Below are positions 30,120 to 39,914 of a stretch of 56,985 nucleotides of DNA, in pieces (the stretch's first letter is position 1; each line of letters begins with the position of its first letter). Position numbers and translations under genes: made by a program. The DNA is from Candidatus Sumerlaeia bacterium (GTDB lineage: Bacteria; Sumerlaeota; Sumerlaeia; SLMS01; JANRJK01): contig JANRJK010000012.1 of assembly GCA_033764015.1 (NCBI GenBank), forward strand, positions 1 to 56,985, given 5' to 3'. The notes beneath the pieces were generated by a model. The model worked only from the letters and a program-made list of their open reading frames with translations, searched no databases and was not told where the DNA came from.

Positions 30120-31598
30120 ATGCCCAAGCTCGACTACGATCCGGGCGACTTCTTCGACGAGTACTTCGGCCCCGGCAACGAGCCGCGCCCCCACGTCGAG
30201 CCGCTCCTGCAGCGCATCGAAAGCCTCGCCGACGGCGAGCTGCTCCGCCGCCAGCGCACCGCCGAGGCCGCGCTCCACCGCATGGGCATCACCTTCACCG
30301 TCTACGGCGACGAGGGCGGCACCGAGCGCATCTTCCCCTTCGACATCCTGCCGCGCATCGTCAAGGGCTCCGAGTGGCGCCGCCTCGAAGCCGGCCTCCG
30401 CCAGCGCATCCAGGCCCTCAACCTCTTCCTCCAGGACATCTACTCCGACCGCCGCATCATCAAGGACGGCGTCGTCCCGGAGGAGCTGGTCCGGAGCTGC
30501 AAGACCTACCGCCCGCAGTGCGAGGGCCTCAGGCCGCCGCAGGGCATCTGGTGCCACGTCACCGGCACCGACCTGGTCCGCGACAAGGACGGCGCGATGT
30601 ACGTGCTCGAGGACAACCTGCGCACGCCCTCCGGCGTCTCCTACGTCCTCGAGAACCGCCAGGTGCTCAAGCGCACCTTCCCCTACGTGTTCAAGGCGCT
30701 CGACGTGCGCCCCGTCGACGACTACCCGACGCGGCTGCTCGAGACGCTCACGCAGATCGCGCCGCCCGGCGTCGAGAACCCGACCGTGGTGCTCCTGACG
30801 CCGGGCATCTACAACTCCGCCTACTTCGAGCACTCCTTCCTCGCGGGCCAGATGGGAGTCTACCTGGTGGAAGGCAGCGACCTGATCGTCCGCGACGGCT
30901 TCGTCTACATGAAGACCACCATGGGGCCGAAGCGCGTGGACGTGGTCTACCGCCGCATCGACGACGACTTCCTCGATCCGCTGGCGTTCCGGCAGGATTC
31001 GCTGCTCGGGGTGCCGGGCCTGATGGAGGCCTACCGCGCCGGGCGCGTGTCGCTGGCGAACGCCCCCGGCTGCGGCGTCGCCGACGACAAGGCCGTCTAC
31101 GCCTACGCGGAGCGCATCATCAAGTACTACCTCGCGGAGGACGCGATCCTGCCCAACGTGCCGACGTTCATCTGCGCCGAGGAGAAGGACCGCGACCACA
31201 CGCTCGCCAACCTCGACAAGCTCGTGGTCAAGTCGGTCAACGAGTCGGGCGGCTACGGGATGCTGATCGGACCGCACTCCACCAAGGAGCAGCGCGAGGA
31301 GTTCGCCGGGAAGATCGCCGCGAACCCGCGCAACTTCATCGCGCAGCCCACGCTCTCGCTCTCGCGGGTCCCCTGCCTCGTGGACGGCCGCCTCGAGGGC
31401 CGCCACGTCGACCTGCGCCCCTACATCCTCAGCGGCCGCGAAACGTACGTGCTTCCGGGCGGCCTCACCCGCGTCGCGCTCCGCAAGGGATCGCTCGTCG
31501 TCAACTCCTCCCAGGGCGGCGGCAGCAAGGACACCTGGGTGCTCTTCGAGGACTTCCCCACCGGCGAGGTGGCGCTACCACGGTTCCAGGAGATCTGA
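30120..31598 (+). CDS. Circularly permuted type 2 ATP-grasp protein
   Basis: [57 protein letters not shown] and [27 protein letters not shown]. Confidence 0.96.
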   Translation: MPKLDYDPGDFFDEYFGPGNEPRPHVEPLLQRIESLADGELLRRQRTAEAALHRMGITFTVYGDEGGTERIFPFDILPRIVKGSEWRRLEAGLRQRIQALNLFLQDIYSDRRIIKDGVVPEELVRSCKTYRPQCEGLRPPQGIWCHVTGTDLVRDKDGAMYVLEDNLRTPSGVSYVLENRQVLKRTFPYVFKALDVRPVDDYPTRLLETLTQIAPPGVENPTVVLLTPGIYNSAYFEHSFLAGQMGVYLVEGSDLIVRDGFVYMKTTMGPKRVDVVYRRIDDDFLDPLAFRQDSLLGVPGLMEAYRAGRVSLANAPGCGVADDKAVYAYAERIIKYYLAEDAILPNVPTFICAEEKDRDHTLANLDKLVVKSVNESGGYGMLIGPHSTKEQREEFAGKIAANPRNFIAQPTLSLSRVPCLVDGRLEGRHVDLRPYILSGRETYVLPGGLTRVALRKGSLVVNSSQGGGSKDTWVLFEDFPTGEVALPRFQEI

Positions 31599-31602
31599 CC
31601 CC

Positions 31603-32550
31603 ATGCTGAGCCGCGTCGCCGAATCGGTCTTCTGGATGTCGCGCTACATCCACCGCGCGGAGCACACCGCCCGCCTGGTGGACATCAACCTGCAGCTCCT
31701 CCTCGACCTGCCCGGCGCGCTCGCGGACCAGTGGGAGCCCCTCGTCACGATCACCGCGGAGCAGGACTACTTCGCCTCCCGCTACGGCGACGCCACGCAG
31801 CGCAACGTCCTCGAATTCCTCGTCTTCGACAACCAGTACCCCAGCTCCATCGCCAACTCGCTCCGCGCCGCCCGCGAGAACGCCCGCACGGTCCGCGACT
31901 TCATCTCCGCGGAGATCTGGGAGCAGGTGAACGAGTTCTACCACTTCGTCGTCTCGGAGCGCGCGCCGGTCCACGCCAAGGAGGACCCGCACGGTTTCTT
32001 CGCCCGCGTCCGCAACCACGGCCACCTGTTCTCGGGCCTCGTGGACGGCACCCTCGAGCACGGCCAGGGCTACCACTTCATCAAGCTGGCGGAGTACCTC
32101 GAGCGCGCGGACCAGACCTCGCGCGTGCTCGATGTGAAGTACTTCCTGCTGCTCCCCGGGGCGGAGTACGTCGGCACCACGCTCGACGACGTGCAATGGG
32201 CCGCGGTGCTCAAGTCCGCCTCCGCGCTGGAGAGCTACCGCAAGCGCCACCACCGCATCCGGCCCCGCGACATCGCGGAGTACCTCCTCCTCGACCCGGA
32301 CTTCCCCCGCAGCGCCGCCAAGTGCGTCGCCGACGCCCGCGGCGCTCTCCACGCCATCACCGGCAACCCCCTGGACCGCCCGCGCACGGAGCCGGAAATG
32401 GTCCTCGGGCGCCTCGCCGCGGACCTGAAGTTCGGCACCATCGACGAGGTGTTCGAGGTGGGGCTCCACGAGTACATCGACCGGTTGCAGGCGCGGCTCA
32501 ACGAGTCCGGCGCCGCCGTCTCCCGCGCCTTCTTCCAGTTCCGCGCCTGA
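31603..32550 (+). CDS. Alpha-E domain protein
   Basis: MLSRVAE..FWM.RY..RAE..AR, ARENAR..R..IS.E.WE, LERADQT.R.LDVKY and FPRS. Confidence 0.94.
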   Translation: MLSRVAESVFWMSRYIHRAEHTARLVDINLQLLLDLPGALADQWEPLVTITAEQDYFASRYGDATQRNVLEFLVFDNQYPSSIANSLRAARENARTVRDFISAEIWEQVNEFYHFVVSERAPVHAKEDPHGFFARVRNHGHLFSGLVDGTLEHGQGYHFIKLAEYLERADQTSRVLDVKYFLLLPGAEYVGTTLDDVQWAAVLKSASALESYRKRHHRIRPRDIAEYLLLDPDFPRSAAKCVADARGALHAITGNPLDRPRTEPEMVLGRLAADLKFGTIDEVFEVGLHEYIDRLQARLNESGAAVSRAFFQFRA

Positions 32551-32557
32551 ACGCCCG

Positions 32558-33763
32558 CTACCGCCCGGCGCCGCACAGCTCCTTCCAGAGCTCGCGGTAG
32601 CCGTTCGCGGTGCGGTTGATCTCGAACTGCGCGGTGATGAAGTCGCGCCCCGCCATGCCCATCGCCCGCGCCGCGGCGGGATCGCCGAGCAGCCGCGCCA
32701 GCCCCTCCGCTATCCGCTCCGGATCGTGCGACGCCACCACCACCCCCGTCTCGCCGTCGCGCACCAGCTCCCGCAGGCCCCCCACCGGCGTCACCGCCAC
32801 CGGCGCGCCGGCCGCCATCGCCTCCGCGATCACCAGCCCGAACGGCTCGTCGCGGCTCGGCAGCAGCACCGCGTCCGCGCTCCCCATCACCCGCTGCACC
32901 ATCACGTTCAGGTGCCCGATGAAGCGCACCCGCTCCGCGACGCCCAGCTCCGCCGCGCGCGCCTCGAGCGCCTCCCGCAGCGGACCGTCGCCGACGAACG
33001 CCAGCACCGCCGCCGGGAACCGGCCCGCGATCCGGGCGAAGCCCTCCAGCGTCTCCGCCACCGACTTGCGCTCGATGAGCTGCCCGGCCTGGACCACCAA
33101 AGGCGCCCCCTCCGGCACCGCGAGCAGCTCGCGCACCGACGCCCGCGTGCCCTCCGACGGCGGGAACACCTCGACCGCGTCGATGCCGTTCGGGATCACC
33201 GAGATGCGCCCCGCGTCGTAGCCCGCGGCCACCATGCGCCGCCGCGTCTCCTCCGAAATGGCGACGAAGCGCGCCGCCCGCCGCCGCGTCAGGCGGTCCA
33301 GCGCCCGGTAGCCGAGCCCCTTCAGACGCCCCTTCTCGTCCACCGCGTGGAGGCCGTGGATCGTCGAGGCGAGCACCGGCGAGCCCAGCTCGCGCAGCAC
33401 CAGGCGCGCCACCAGGTCGGGCCAAAGCAGGTTCGTGTGGACCACATCCGGCCGTCGTCGCGGGTCGGCGCCCAGACGCCGCGCCCATTCCCGCAGGCGG
33501 ACCAGGCCCAGCGGCCCGCGCGTGCGGACCACCTCCGCGGCGAGGCCGATGCGGCGGAACTCCCACTGCAGGTCGCCGCCGCGGCTGAGCGCCACCACCT
33601 CCAAGGCAAGGTCGCCGTCCGCCGCCAGCCGGCGGCAGACCTGGAACATCAGGTTGCCCGGCCCGTCCTGGAGGTAGCTATTCAGGACGACGAGAACGCG
33701 TGGCTTCCCCGGGCGGACGGCGCCCTCCGGCGCGGTGGCGGCTGGGAGGATGGTCGCCGTCAT
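32558..33763 (-). CDS. Glycosyltransferase family 4
   Basis: VIPNGID, K.......F, VGDGPLR and PS..EPFGLV..EAMAAG.PV; start 33763 or 33799. Confidence 0.92.
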   Translation of the reverse strand: MTATILPAATAPEGAVRPGKPRVLVVLNSYLQDGPGNLMFQVCRRLAADGDLALEVVALSRGGDLQWEFRRIGLAAEVVRTRGPLGLVRLREWARRLGADPRRRPDVVHTNLLWPDLVARLVLRELGSPVLASTIHGLHAVDEKGRLKGLGYRALDRLTRRRAARFVAISEETRRRMVAAGYDAGRISVIPNGIDAVEVFPPSEGTRASVRELLAVPEGAPLVVQAGQLIERKSVAETLEGFARIAGRFPAAVLAFVGDGPLREALEARAAELGVAERVRFIGHLNVMVQRVMGSADAVLLPSRDEPFGLVIAEAMAAGAPVAVTPVGGLRELVRDGETGVVVASHDPERIAEGLARLLGDPAAARAMGMAGRDFITAQFEINRTANGYRELWKELCGAGR

Positions 33764-33871
33764 GGGGGCTGCGCGGCTCCTCGTGTGGGTTGGAGACATT
33801 GCGGCGCTTGCCTTGCGCCAAGCCAACCCCAACATGGAGCGGAACGCCAAGGAGCCCTGGACCGCCAGAAA

Positions 33872-35269
33872 ATGCGCCGGCTGCTGATGGTCTGCTACGA
33901 CTTCCCGCCCTCCGCCGTGGGCATTTGGCGCACGCTGAAGTTCTGCCGCTATATGCGCGAGAACGGCTGGATGCCCGCGATCCTCACGGTGCGCGGAATC
34001 CGCGGGCCGCTCTGGGACGAGGGCCCCCTCCGCGAGCTGCCGCCCGGCACCGAGATCCGCCGCACCGGCACCGCCGACGCCTATCGCCTCGCCTACATCG
34101 CCGACAAGTACCGGCGCCGCTTCCGCCCCGACGACATCGAGGCGCCCGCGGACAAGGGCGCGGCCGCGAAGGCCACGCACCCGCTCGGACGCCGCGTGAT
34201 GGACCTGCTCCGAGCATGGGTCCTTGTGCCCGACGACCGCATCGGATGGTACCCCTACGCCGTCGGCGAGGGGAAGCGCTGGCTGGCCGACGGCGGTTTC
34301 GACGCCGTCTACAGCACGTCCTATCCGCACAGCGCCCACCTGATCGGGCGCCGCCTGGCGGAGCACGCCAACCTCCCCTTCATCGCCGACTACCGCGACA
34401 TCTGGATCGAGAACTACCAGTTCTACAAGCCGCCCACCGGCTTCCACGACAGCCTCCACCGCCGCATGGAGCGCAACGTCGTCCGCCGCGCCTTCCGCGT
34501 CGTCTCCGCCACGGAACCGATCAGCGAGGACTTCCGCCGCCGCTACCCGGAGGAGAACCCGGAGAAGTTCGCCACCATCACGAACGGCTTCGACAGCCGC
34601 GACTACCGCGGCAAGGAGCCCAAGCCGGACCGCCAGCACTTCACCATCAGCTACGTGGGCCTCATGTACGGCCAGACCTCCCCGGAGGTCTTCCTCCAGG
34701 GCATCCGCCTGCTCCTAGACCGCGAGCCCCGCTGGAAGAAGTCGCTCCGCCTCCGCTTCGTCGGCTCCCTGATCGAGCCCTACGAGGAGATGATCGACGC
34801 CTTCCGCCTGCGGAAGTACACGAGCGTCGAGTCCTACGTGCCCCACGAGTGGGCGCTCCAGGCGATGATGGACGCCGACGCGCTGCTCCTCGTCGTCGCC
34901 CCCGTCGAGGGCAGCCACATCATGATGACCCAGAAGGTCTTCGAGTACGTCGCCGCCCGCCGTCCCATCCTGGCGCTCGTGCCGGAGGGCGCCGTGCGCG
35001 ACTTCCTCGACCTCATCGGCGAGGGCGTCGTCGTCAACCCGCGCTCCGCCGAAGGGGTCGCCAACGCGGTCGACAAGATGCTGCTCACCTGGCACGTGCA
35101 CGGGCGCCCCGAGCTGCCCGACAACCGCCTGATCCGCAACTTCGAGCGCCGCCGCCTTGCGCGGAAGCTGTGCGAGATGCTCAACCAGGGCGTCGACGCC
35201 TACGGCGGGCGCCCCATGGGCGAGGTGCCCCGCTTCAGCGAGGACGTGGCGCCCGAACTCGCCGAGTAG
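33872..35269 (+). CDS. Glycosyltransferase family 4
   Basis: MRRLLMV.YDFPP, PD..IGW, ADYRD.W, ITNGFD and K.FEY.AA.RPILAL. Confidence 0.9.
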   Translation: MRRLLMVCYDFPPSAVGIWRTLKFCRYMRENGWMPAILTVRGIRGPLWDEGPLRELPPGTEIRRTGTADAYRLAYIADKYRRRFRPDDIEAPADKGAAAKATHPLGRRVMDLLRAWVLVPDDRIGWYPYAVGEGKRWLADGGFDAVYSTSYPHSAHLIGRRLAEHANLPFIADYRDIWIENYQFYKPPTGFHDSLHRRMERNVVRRAFRVVSATEPISEDFRRRYPEENPEKFATITNGFDSRDYRGKEPKPDRQHFTISYVGLMYGQTSPEVFLQGIRLLLDREPRWKKSLRLRFVGSLIEPYEEMIDAFRLRKYTSVESYVPHEWALQAMMDADALLLVVAPVEGSHIMMTQKVFEYVAARRPILALVPEGAVRDFLDLIGEGVVVNPRSAEGVANAVDKMLLTWHVHGRPELPDNRLIRNFERRRLARKLCEMLNQGVDAYGGRPMGEVPRFSEDVAPELAE

Positions 35270-37301
35270 CGCCCGCCGCGAACAGCGCCAGCCCGAAGCC
35301 CGCCGCGCCCAGGAACAGCCCCGTCCGGTACGAGGCGGGCTCGTAGCGCCACTCCGCCACGGAGCGCCCCGCCGGGGCGGGCGACGCGCGCCAAAGCCCA
35401 TGCTTGACCGAGCCGACCAATTGGCCGTCCACGCGCAGCGTCCAGCCGGGGGGCGTGTTCGCCGCCCAGCGCGCCTCGCCCGCGGCGTCCGCCTCCAGCT
35501 CCAGCCGCGCGCTGTTCGCCCGCTGCGCCAGCCGGGCCGAACGGGGCGCGGCCTCCGTCCCGTCCGGGAGCAGCACGCGCACGGGGGTCTCCGGCTCGAA
35601 CCGCCCCTCCGGCGGCGCCGGGATCGCGCCGAGCACCCCCCAGCGGGCGCGCCACGCGGGCGAGCCGAGGCCCAGCGCCGCGTCGTCCGCGTCCTTCCAC
35701 GCGAACCGCAACGGATGGTATCCGTTCAGCGCGTCGATGCCGGACAGGACCGGCCGCAGCGACAGCTCGCGGCCGGGGTACCAGACGCGGCGCGGCTCGG
35801 AGTAGGCGGCGGCGATGGCCGCCTCCGCCGGCGTGGGCGCCAGGAAGGCGGCGAAGCGCTCCCAGGGCTCCTCGCGCAGGAAAGCCCGGTTCGCCCCCAT
35901 CAGGTCCAGCGCCGCGAGCGCTCCCGCCAGCGCGAGCCGGGCGGTGAGCGCGCGCCCCGGCAGCGCGAGCAGCAGCGCCGCGGCCAGCGGCAGCGCCAGC
36001 CCGCGCACCGGGTCGCTCCAGCTCCAGCCCGGGATCGCGGCGGCTCCGCGCAGCGCGGCGCCGTACAGCAGCGCGACCGCCAAGGCGCCGGCGGCGGTCG
36101 CGATCCGCGCGCGGGCGCCGCCGCGCAGCGCGGCCTGCGCGCCGAAGCCCGCCAGCATCGCGGCGGCGAACGCCGCCACGAAGAAGAACGTCGCCGGTGA
36201 GCGGAACCCCGCGAATCCCGGCAGGTGGTCGTAGAGAATCCGATAGAATGGCGTGTGCGAACCGAGGCCCACGAGGATCGACAGCGCGGCCAGCGCGGCC
36301 AACGCCCGCACCGGACGCCTCCGCGCGCCGCGAGCCGCCAGCGCCGCGAACGCCAACGCCAGCACGACGCCTCCCGAGTAGTCCGACACGATGCGCTCGC
36401 CCCACGCGCCGTGGTACGCGCCGGCGTCCGCGGGGGTGTTGCTGCCGAGGAAGCGCGGCGCCGCGAACTCGAGCAGCTCCCGCGGCGGGTAGCTCGTCGC
36501 CACCGCCTCTTCGAAGCCGACCCCCGCCGCGCGGTTCGACAGCGCGGCCATCTCGAGCCCGGGGAGGAGCTGCGGCGCGCCGGCGAGCGCGCCGAGCAGC
36601 ACCGCCGCCGCCCCGTGCGCGAGCCGCCGCGGCAGGCGCCGCCCCGCCCGCGCCGCGAGCAGCGCGAGGCCCGCCGCCGCGCTCCCGTACGCGATCTGCG
36701 GATGCCCCGAAAGGAACATCATTCCCAGCGCGGCGCCGGCGAGCGCCGCTCCGCGCGCGGCGCGCGCGCCCGACGACGCCCCCGCGCGCCAGAAGCCCGC
36801 CGCCGCGAAGCCGACCCACGACAGCGCCATCACCTTCTGCAGATGCCCCGCGTGGATCAGCGTCACCGCGTGGCCGCAGAGCATCCACGCGGCCGCGGCG
36901 AACAGCGCCGGACCGCGCCGCAGCGCGAGCGCCCGCGCCGCCGCGTAGCCGCCGCACCCCGCGATCCACAGCGCCAGCAGCCACGCGCCGCGCTGCGCCG
37001 CCGGGTATTCGAGCGCGTAGTGCGGCCAGAGCGGCGGCGCGAACGGCGTCCACAGGAAGGCGCCGAGCGTCGGCAGGCCGCCCTGCAGCGGCGCCATCCA
37101 CAGCGGAACCGTCCCCGGATCGCGCTCCAGCCAGCCGCGGATCCAAAGGTGCGCCACCGCGTCGTGCGCCACCGTGTCGGTGCCGAAGAGGAACGAGGGC
37201 TCGATCGTCGAGCGCTCGACGAAAACCGCTGTTTGAAGCCACGCGAGAAGGGCGAGCGCGAGGAGCGCGAGCGCGTCGCGGCGTGGTCCGGACTCCGTCA
37301 C
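35235..37301 (-). CDS. YfhO-like GT-C membrane protein
   Basis: PLW...LQGG.P, AGH..K, GHPQ..Y, Q.LP..E....S.R, LPGF..FR.P, C-terminal PGW...VDG and YEP.S...G. Confidence 0.8.
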   Translation of the reverse strand: MTESGPRRDALALLALALLAWLQTAVFVERSTIEPSFLFGTDTVAHDAVAHLWIRGWLERDPGTVPLWMAPLQGGLPTLGAFLWTPFAPPLWPHYALEYPAAQRGAWLLALWIAGCGGYAAARALALRRGPALFAAAAWMLCGHAVTLIHAGHLQKVMALSWVGFAAAGFWRAGASSGARAARGAALAGAALGMMFLSGHPQIAYGSAAAGLALLAARAGRRLPRRLAHGAAAVLLGALAGAPQLLPGLEMAALSNRAAGVGFEEAVATSYPPRELLEFAAPRFLGSNTPADAGAYHGAWGERIVSDYSGGVVLALAFAALAARGARRRPVRALAALAALSILVGLGSHTPFYRILYDHLPGFAGFRSPATFFFVAAFAAAMLAGFGAQAALRGGARARIATAAGALAVALLYGAALRGAAAIPGWSWSDPVRGLALPLAAALLLALPGRALTARLALAGALAALDLMGANRAFLREEPWERFAAFLAPTPAEAAIAAAYSEPRRVWYPGRELSLRPVLSGIDALNGYHPLRFAWKDADDAALGLGSPAWRARWGVLGAIPAPPEGRFEPETPVRVLLPDGTEAAPRSARLAQRANSARLELEADAAGEARWAANTPPGWTLRVDGQLVGSVKHGLWRASPAPAGRSVAEWRYEPASYRTGLFLGAAGFGLALFAAGATRRVRAPRPR

Positions 37302-37308
37302 GGCGGCC

Positions 37309-38679
37309 TCAGTACACGAGCTGCGGGATCGGCACCAGCGTCAGCAGGCGCCCCAGCCGGTCCACCGCCGTGTGCAGGAACGCGTGGTCCTCCGGCACCT
37401 TGATGTCGCCGGACTCCAGGCGCGCGCGGAGCCCGGCGATGTCGGTCCGGAGCTGCCGCACCTGCTTGGGGCCGATCGACAGCTTCGTCACGTGCAGGTA
37501 CGCCTCGAGCTCGCGGAAGAACCGCGCGGCCTCCTCCTCCTCCGCGAATCCCTTCACCAGCCAGGTCACGATCGCGGAGGCGGCCTCGAGCGGCGCGGCC
37601 TCCACGCAGTGCGCGCGGTCCCAGCGCAGCCAAGGGTTCCCCTTCGGCAGCGGGTTCGCCTCCGGGCGCGCGGACAGCGCGAGCCAGCCGTGCGCGGGGA
37701 GCGCCTCCCAGGCGGCGGGCTCCGCGAGGTACCCGTCCTCCTCCGCGGGCCCCGCCAGCACCGGCACCGGATGGTCCACGTCCGCGTCGATCTCCGCCAA
37801 CAGGTCGCCGGCGTCCTCCGCTCCGCCCGCGATGACGACGCCCTGCGCGACGCCGTCCTCGAGCCACCGCACCCACGGGCGGTGCCAGCTTCCGTCGCTG
37901 GAGCGGCGCGGCGACACGGCGATGTGGATCGGCAGGTCGCCGCGCGCCGTGTTCAGCCGCGCCCGCAGCCGCCGCAGGAACCCGTCCAGCGCCTTGAATC
38001 GCCACTCCTCCACCGCCGCCACGTCGTCCGGGTCGGCGGTCGAGAGCAGGTCGTCGATGTTGATCTTCAGCTCCTTCTGGATGCCCTCCAGCGATTCGGT
38101 GCCGAAAAACGTCCACTCGCGCGGATCCGAGCGGTGCGCGGGAAGGTGGCGCAGGTCGATCACCATGGCGTCCGCCGGGATCGAGAGCGCGGAGGCGAAG
38201 AGGCGCTCGCCCGCGAGGCGCCGGAACGCCTCCGTCATCCAGCAGAAGAGCGCGGGCGCGCCGGACTCCGAGGGCGCGCGCCGCTGCCCGCGCGCGCCGC
38301 GCATCAGCCAGTCCGGGTGCAGCCTCGCCAGCCTTCCCAGCCGGTCCGAACCGGGCCGCCCCGCCGCGAGAAGATCCGCGTACAGCCAGATCGACAGCTC
38401 CTCCTGGCGCGCGTGCTGCGCCAGCGACGCGCTGGGGCAGTCCAGCGCCACCCCGCCCATCGCGTTGTCGTAGTCGACCAGCAGCTCGCCGTTCGCGAGC
38501 ACCGGGAGCGCGACCGTGTTGTACCCGCGCCGCGCCAGCGCATCGAGGTGGTCGCGCACTCGCGCCTCGCCCGCCTGCCGGTGCGAGGGCAGCAGCGCGG
38601 CCCGAGTCTCGATCGGGTAGCGTCCCGTGCCCGGGGGCAGGGCGCCGGCCAACGCGGGAACCACTTCCCCGGCGCTCAC
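37309..38679 (-). CDS. Glycoside hydrolase-like (GHL10-type) TIM-barrel protein, divergent
   Basis: L...GYNTV.LPVL.NG, HPDW.M and W..W...G pattern; GTG start overlaps the upstream stop. Confidence 0.55.
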   Translation of the reverse strand: MSAGEVVPALAGALPPGTGRYPIETRAALLPSHRQAGEARVRDHLDALARRGYNTVALPVLANGELLVDYDNAMGGVALDCPSASLAQHARQEELSIWLYADLLAAGRPGSDRLGRLARLHPDWLMRGARGQRRAPSESGAPALFCWMTEAFRRLAGERLFASALSIPADAMVIDLRHLPAHRSDPREWTFFGTESLEGIQKELKINIDDLLSTADPDDVAAVEEWRFKALDGFLRRLRARLNTARGDLPIHIAVSPRRSSDGSWHRPWVRWLEDGVAQGVVIAGGAEDAGDLLAEIDADVDHPVPVLAGPAEEDGYLAEPAAWEALPAHGWLALSARPEANPLPKGNPWLRWDRAHCVEAAPLEAASAIVTWLVKGFAEEEEAARFFRELEAYLHVTKLSIGPKQVRQLRTDIAGLRARLESGDIKVPEDHAFLHTAVDRLGRLLTLVPIPQLVY

Positions 38680-39914
38680 GCGAACCCCCCGGCGGCGGAG
38701 ACCGGCGCCGCGTTCGGCAGCCGCCGCAGCGCCGTCGCGCCCACCATCGCCTCCGCCGTCACCGCCCGCAGCCGCAGCACCGTCACCTCCGGCGGGCAGA
38801 GCACCCGGAAGTGCACGTTCGTCACGCCGACGCCCCGCGTCACATTCAGGAGGCACGTGTCGGAGACGCGGTAGACCCCCGAGACGTACGAGTGGCCGGT
38901 CCGCGAGGGCACCACGACGGGGCCGAGGAGCGGCAGGCAGACCTGGCCGCCGTGGTTGTGGCCGGAAAGGACCAGGTTCGCGCCGTGGCGGGCGGCCTCC
39001 GGCGCGTTGTCCGGCGTGTGGCTGAGGAGCACCGCCGCGTCCGCCGGGCCCTTCGCCAGCAGCCGCGGCCAGTCGGGCGCCTGGTGGTCCCAGGGCGCGT
39101 CCGTCCCGGCGAGCACGAGGCGCCGCCCGCCGCGCGTGAACACGCGCCGCGAGTTGCCAAGGTACACGATCGGCGTGCGGCCCAGCGCCTTCACGAGCCG
39201 CCCCGGGCGCGTCCAGTAGTCGTGGTTCCCGAGCACCGCGTAGGAGCCGAGCCGTCCCCGGTAGCGCGCCGCGTGGTTCGCCGCGCGCGCGATGTGCCGC
39301 GCCGCGCTCACGAAGTCGCCCGTGTGCGCCACCAGGTCCGGGCGCAGGTCGTTCACATAGTCGCACACCTCCTCGTAGTAGTCGACGAGGCCGCTCGGCG
39401 GGTCGTAGTGGATGTCGCCGATGTGCGCGATCACCAGGCCGTCGAACTCCGGCGGCAGGCCGGGCACCTCGAGTTCGCGGCGGATGATCTCGAGCGAGGT
39501 GGTCGTTTCCCAGGAGCGCGGCAGGCAGGGCAGCTTCCGCACGGGGTTCTCGATGCGGGGGTAGGAGACCTCCTCCGCGAGCAGGTGCGGCGTGCGGCGC
39601 GGATGCGCCCGGTCCCACAGCCAGAGCGCGGCGCGCCACAGCATCAGCCCGCCGAGCCCCGCGACGCCCCCCAGCAGGATGCTGGAGACCAGGCCGCGCG
39701 GGGCGAAAGTGAGCGCGTCGCGCACCGGCGGCGCGCTCCAGAACGCGGCGAACCCCAGCGCGGGCAGCAGCACCGACGCGATGAACCAGCCGATGTTCAG
39801 CGGTGTCTTCAGCGGCCCGTCGTCCATCACCAGGTAATGGCGGTTGAGCCCCTGCAGGTAGAGGTGCAGGAGCGCCAGCAGCGCGAAGGCGAAGCCGAGC
39901 TCCTGCGGAATCAC
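38676..39914 (-). CDS. Membrane-anchored metallophosphoesterase
   Basis: DIH, TGDFV, LGNHD, LSHTPD and LSGHNHGGQ motifs; three N-terminal TM helices. Confidence 0.92.
   Translation of the reverse strand: MIPQELGFAFALLALLHLYLQGLNRHYLVMDDGPLKTPLNIGWFIASVLLPALGFAAFWSAPPVRDALTFAPRGLVSSILLGGVAGLGGLMLWRAALWLWDRAHPRRTPHLLAEEVSYPRIENPVRKLPCLPRSWETTTSLEIIRRELEVPGLPPEFDGLVIAHIGDIHYDPPSGLVDYYEEVCDYVNDLRPDLVAHTGDFVSAARHIARAANHAARYRGRLGSYAVLGNHDYWTRPGRLVKALGRTPIVYLGNSRRVFTRGGRRLVLAGTDAPWDHQAPDWPRLLAKGPADAAVLLSHTPDNAPEAARHGANLVLSGHNHGGQVCLPLLGPVVVPSRTGHSYVSGVYRVSDTCLLNVTRGVGVTNVHFRVLCPPEVTVLRLRAVTAEAMVGATALRRLPNAAPVSAAGGFA

Noticed and set aside
24678..31406. 2242-aa ORF and other very long ORFs (e.g. 39911-43825, 2187-4592, 10872-13583, 13583-16195, 27161-29968)
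   Set aside because: Shadow or alternative frames caused by very high GC. They are R/G/P/A-rich and overlap clear genes; only their tails (bioD, the hydrolase) are real.
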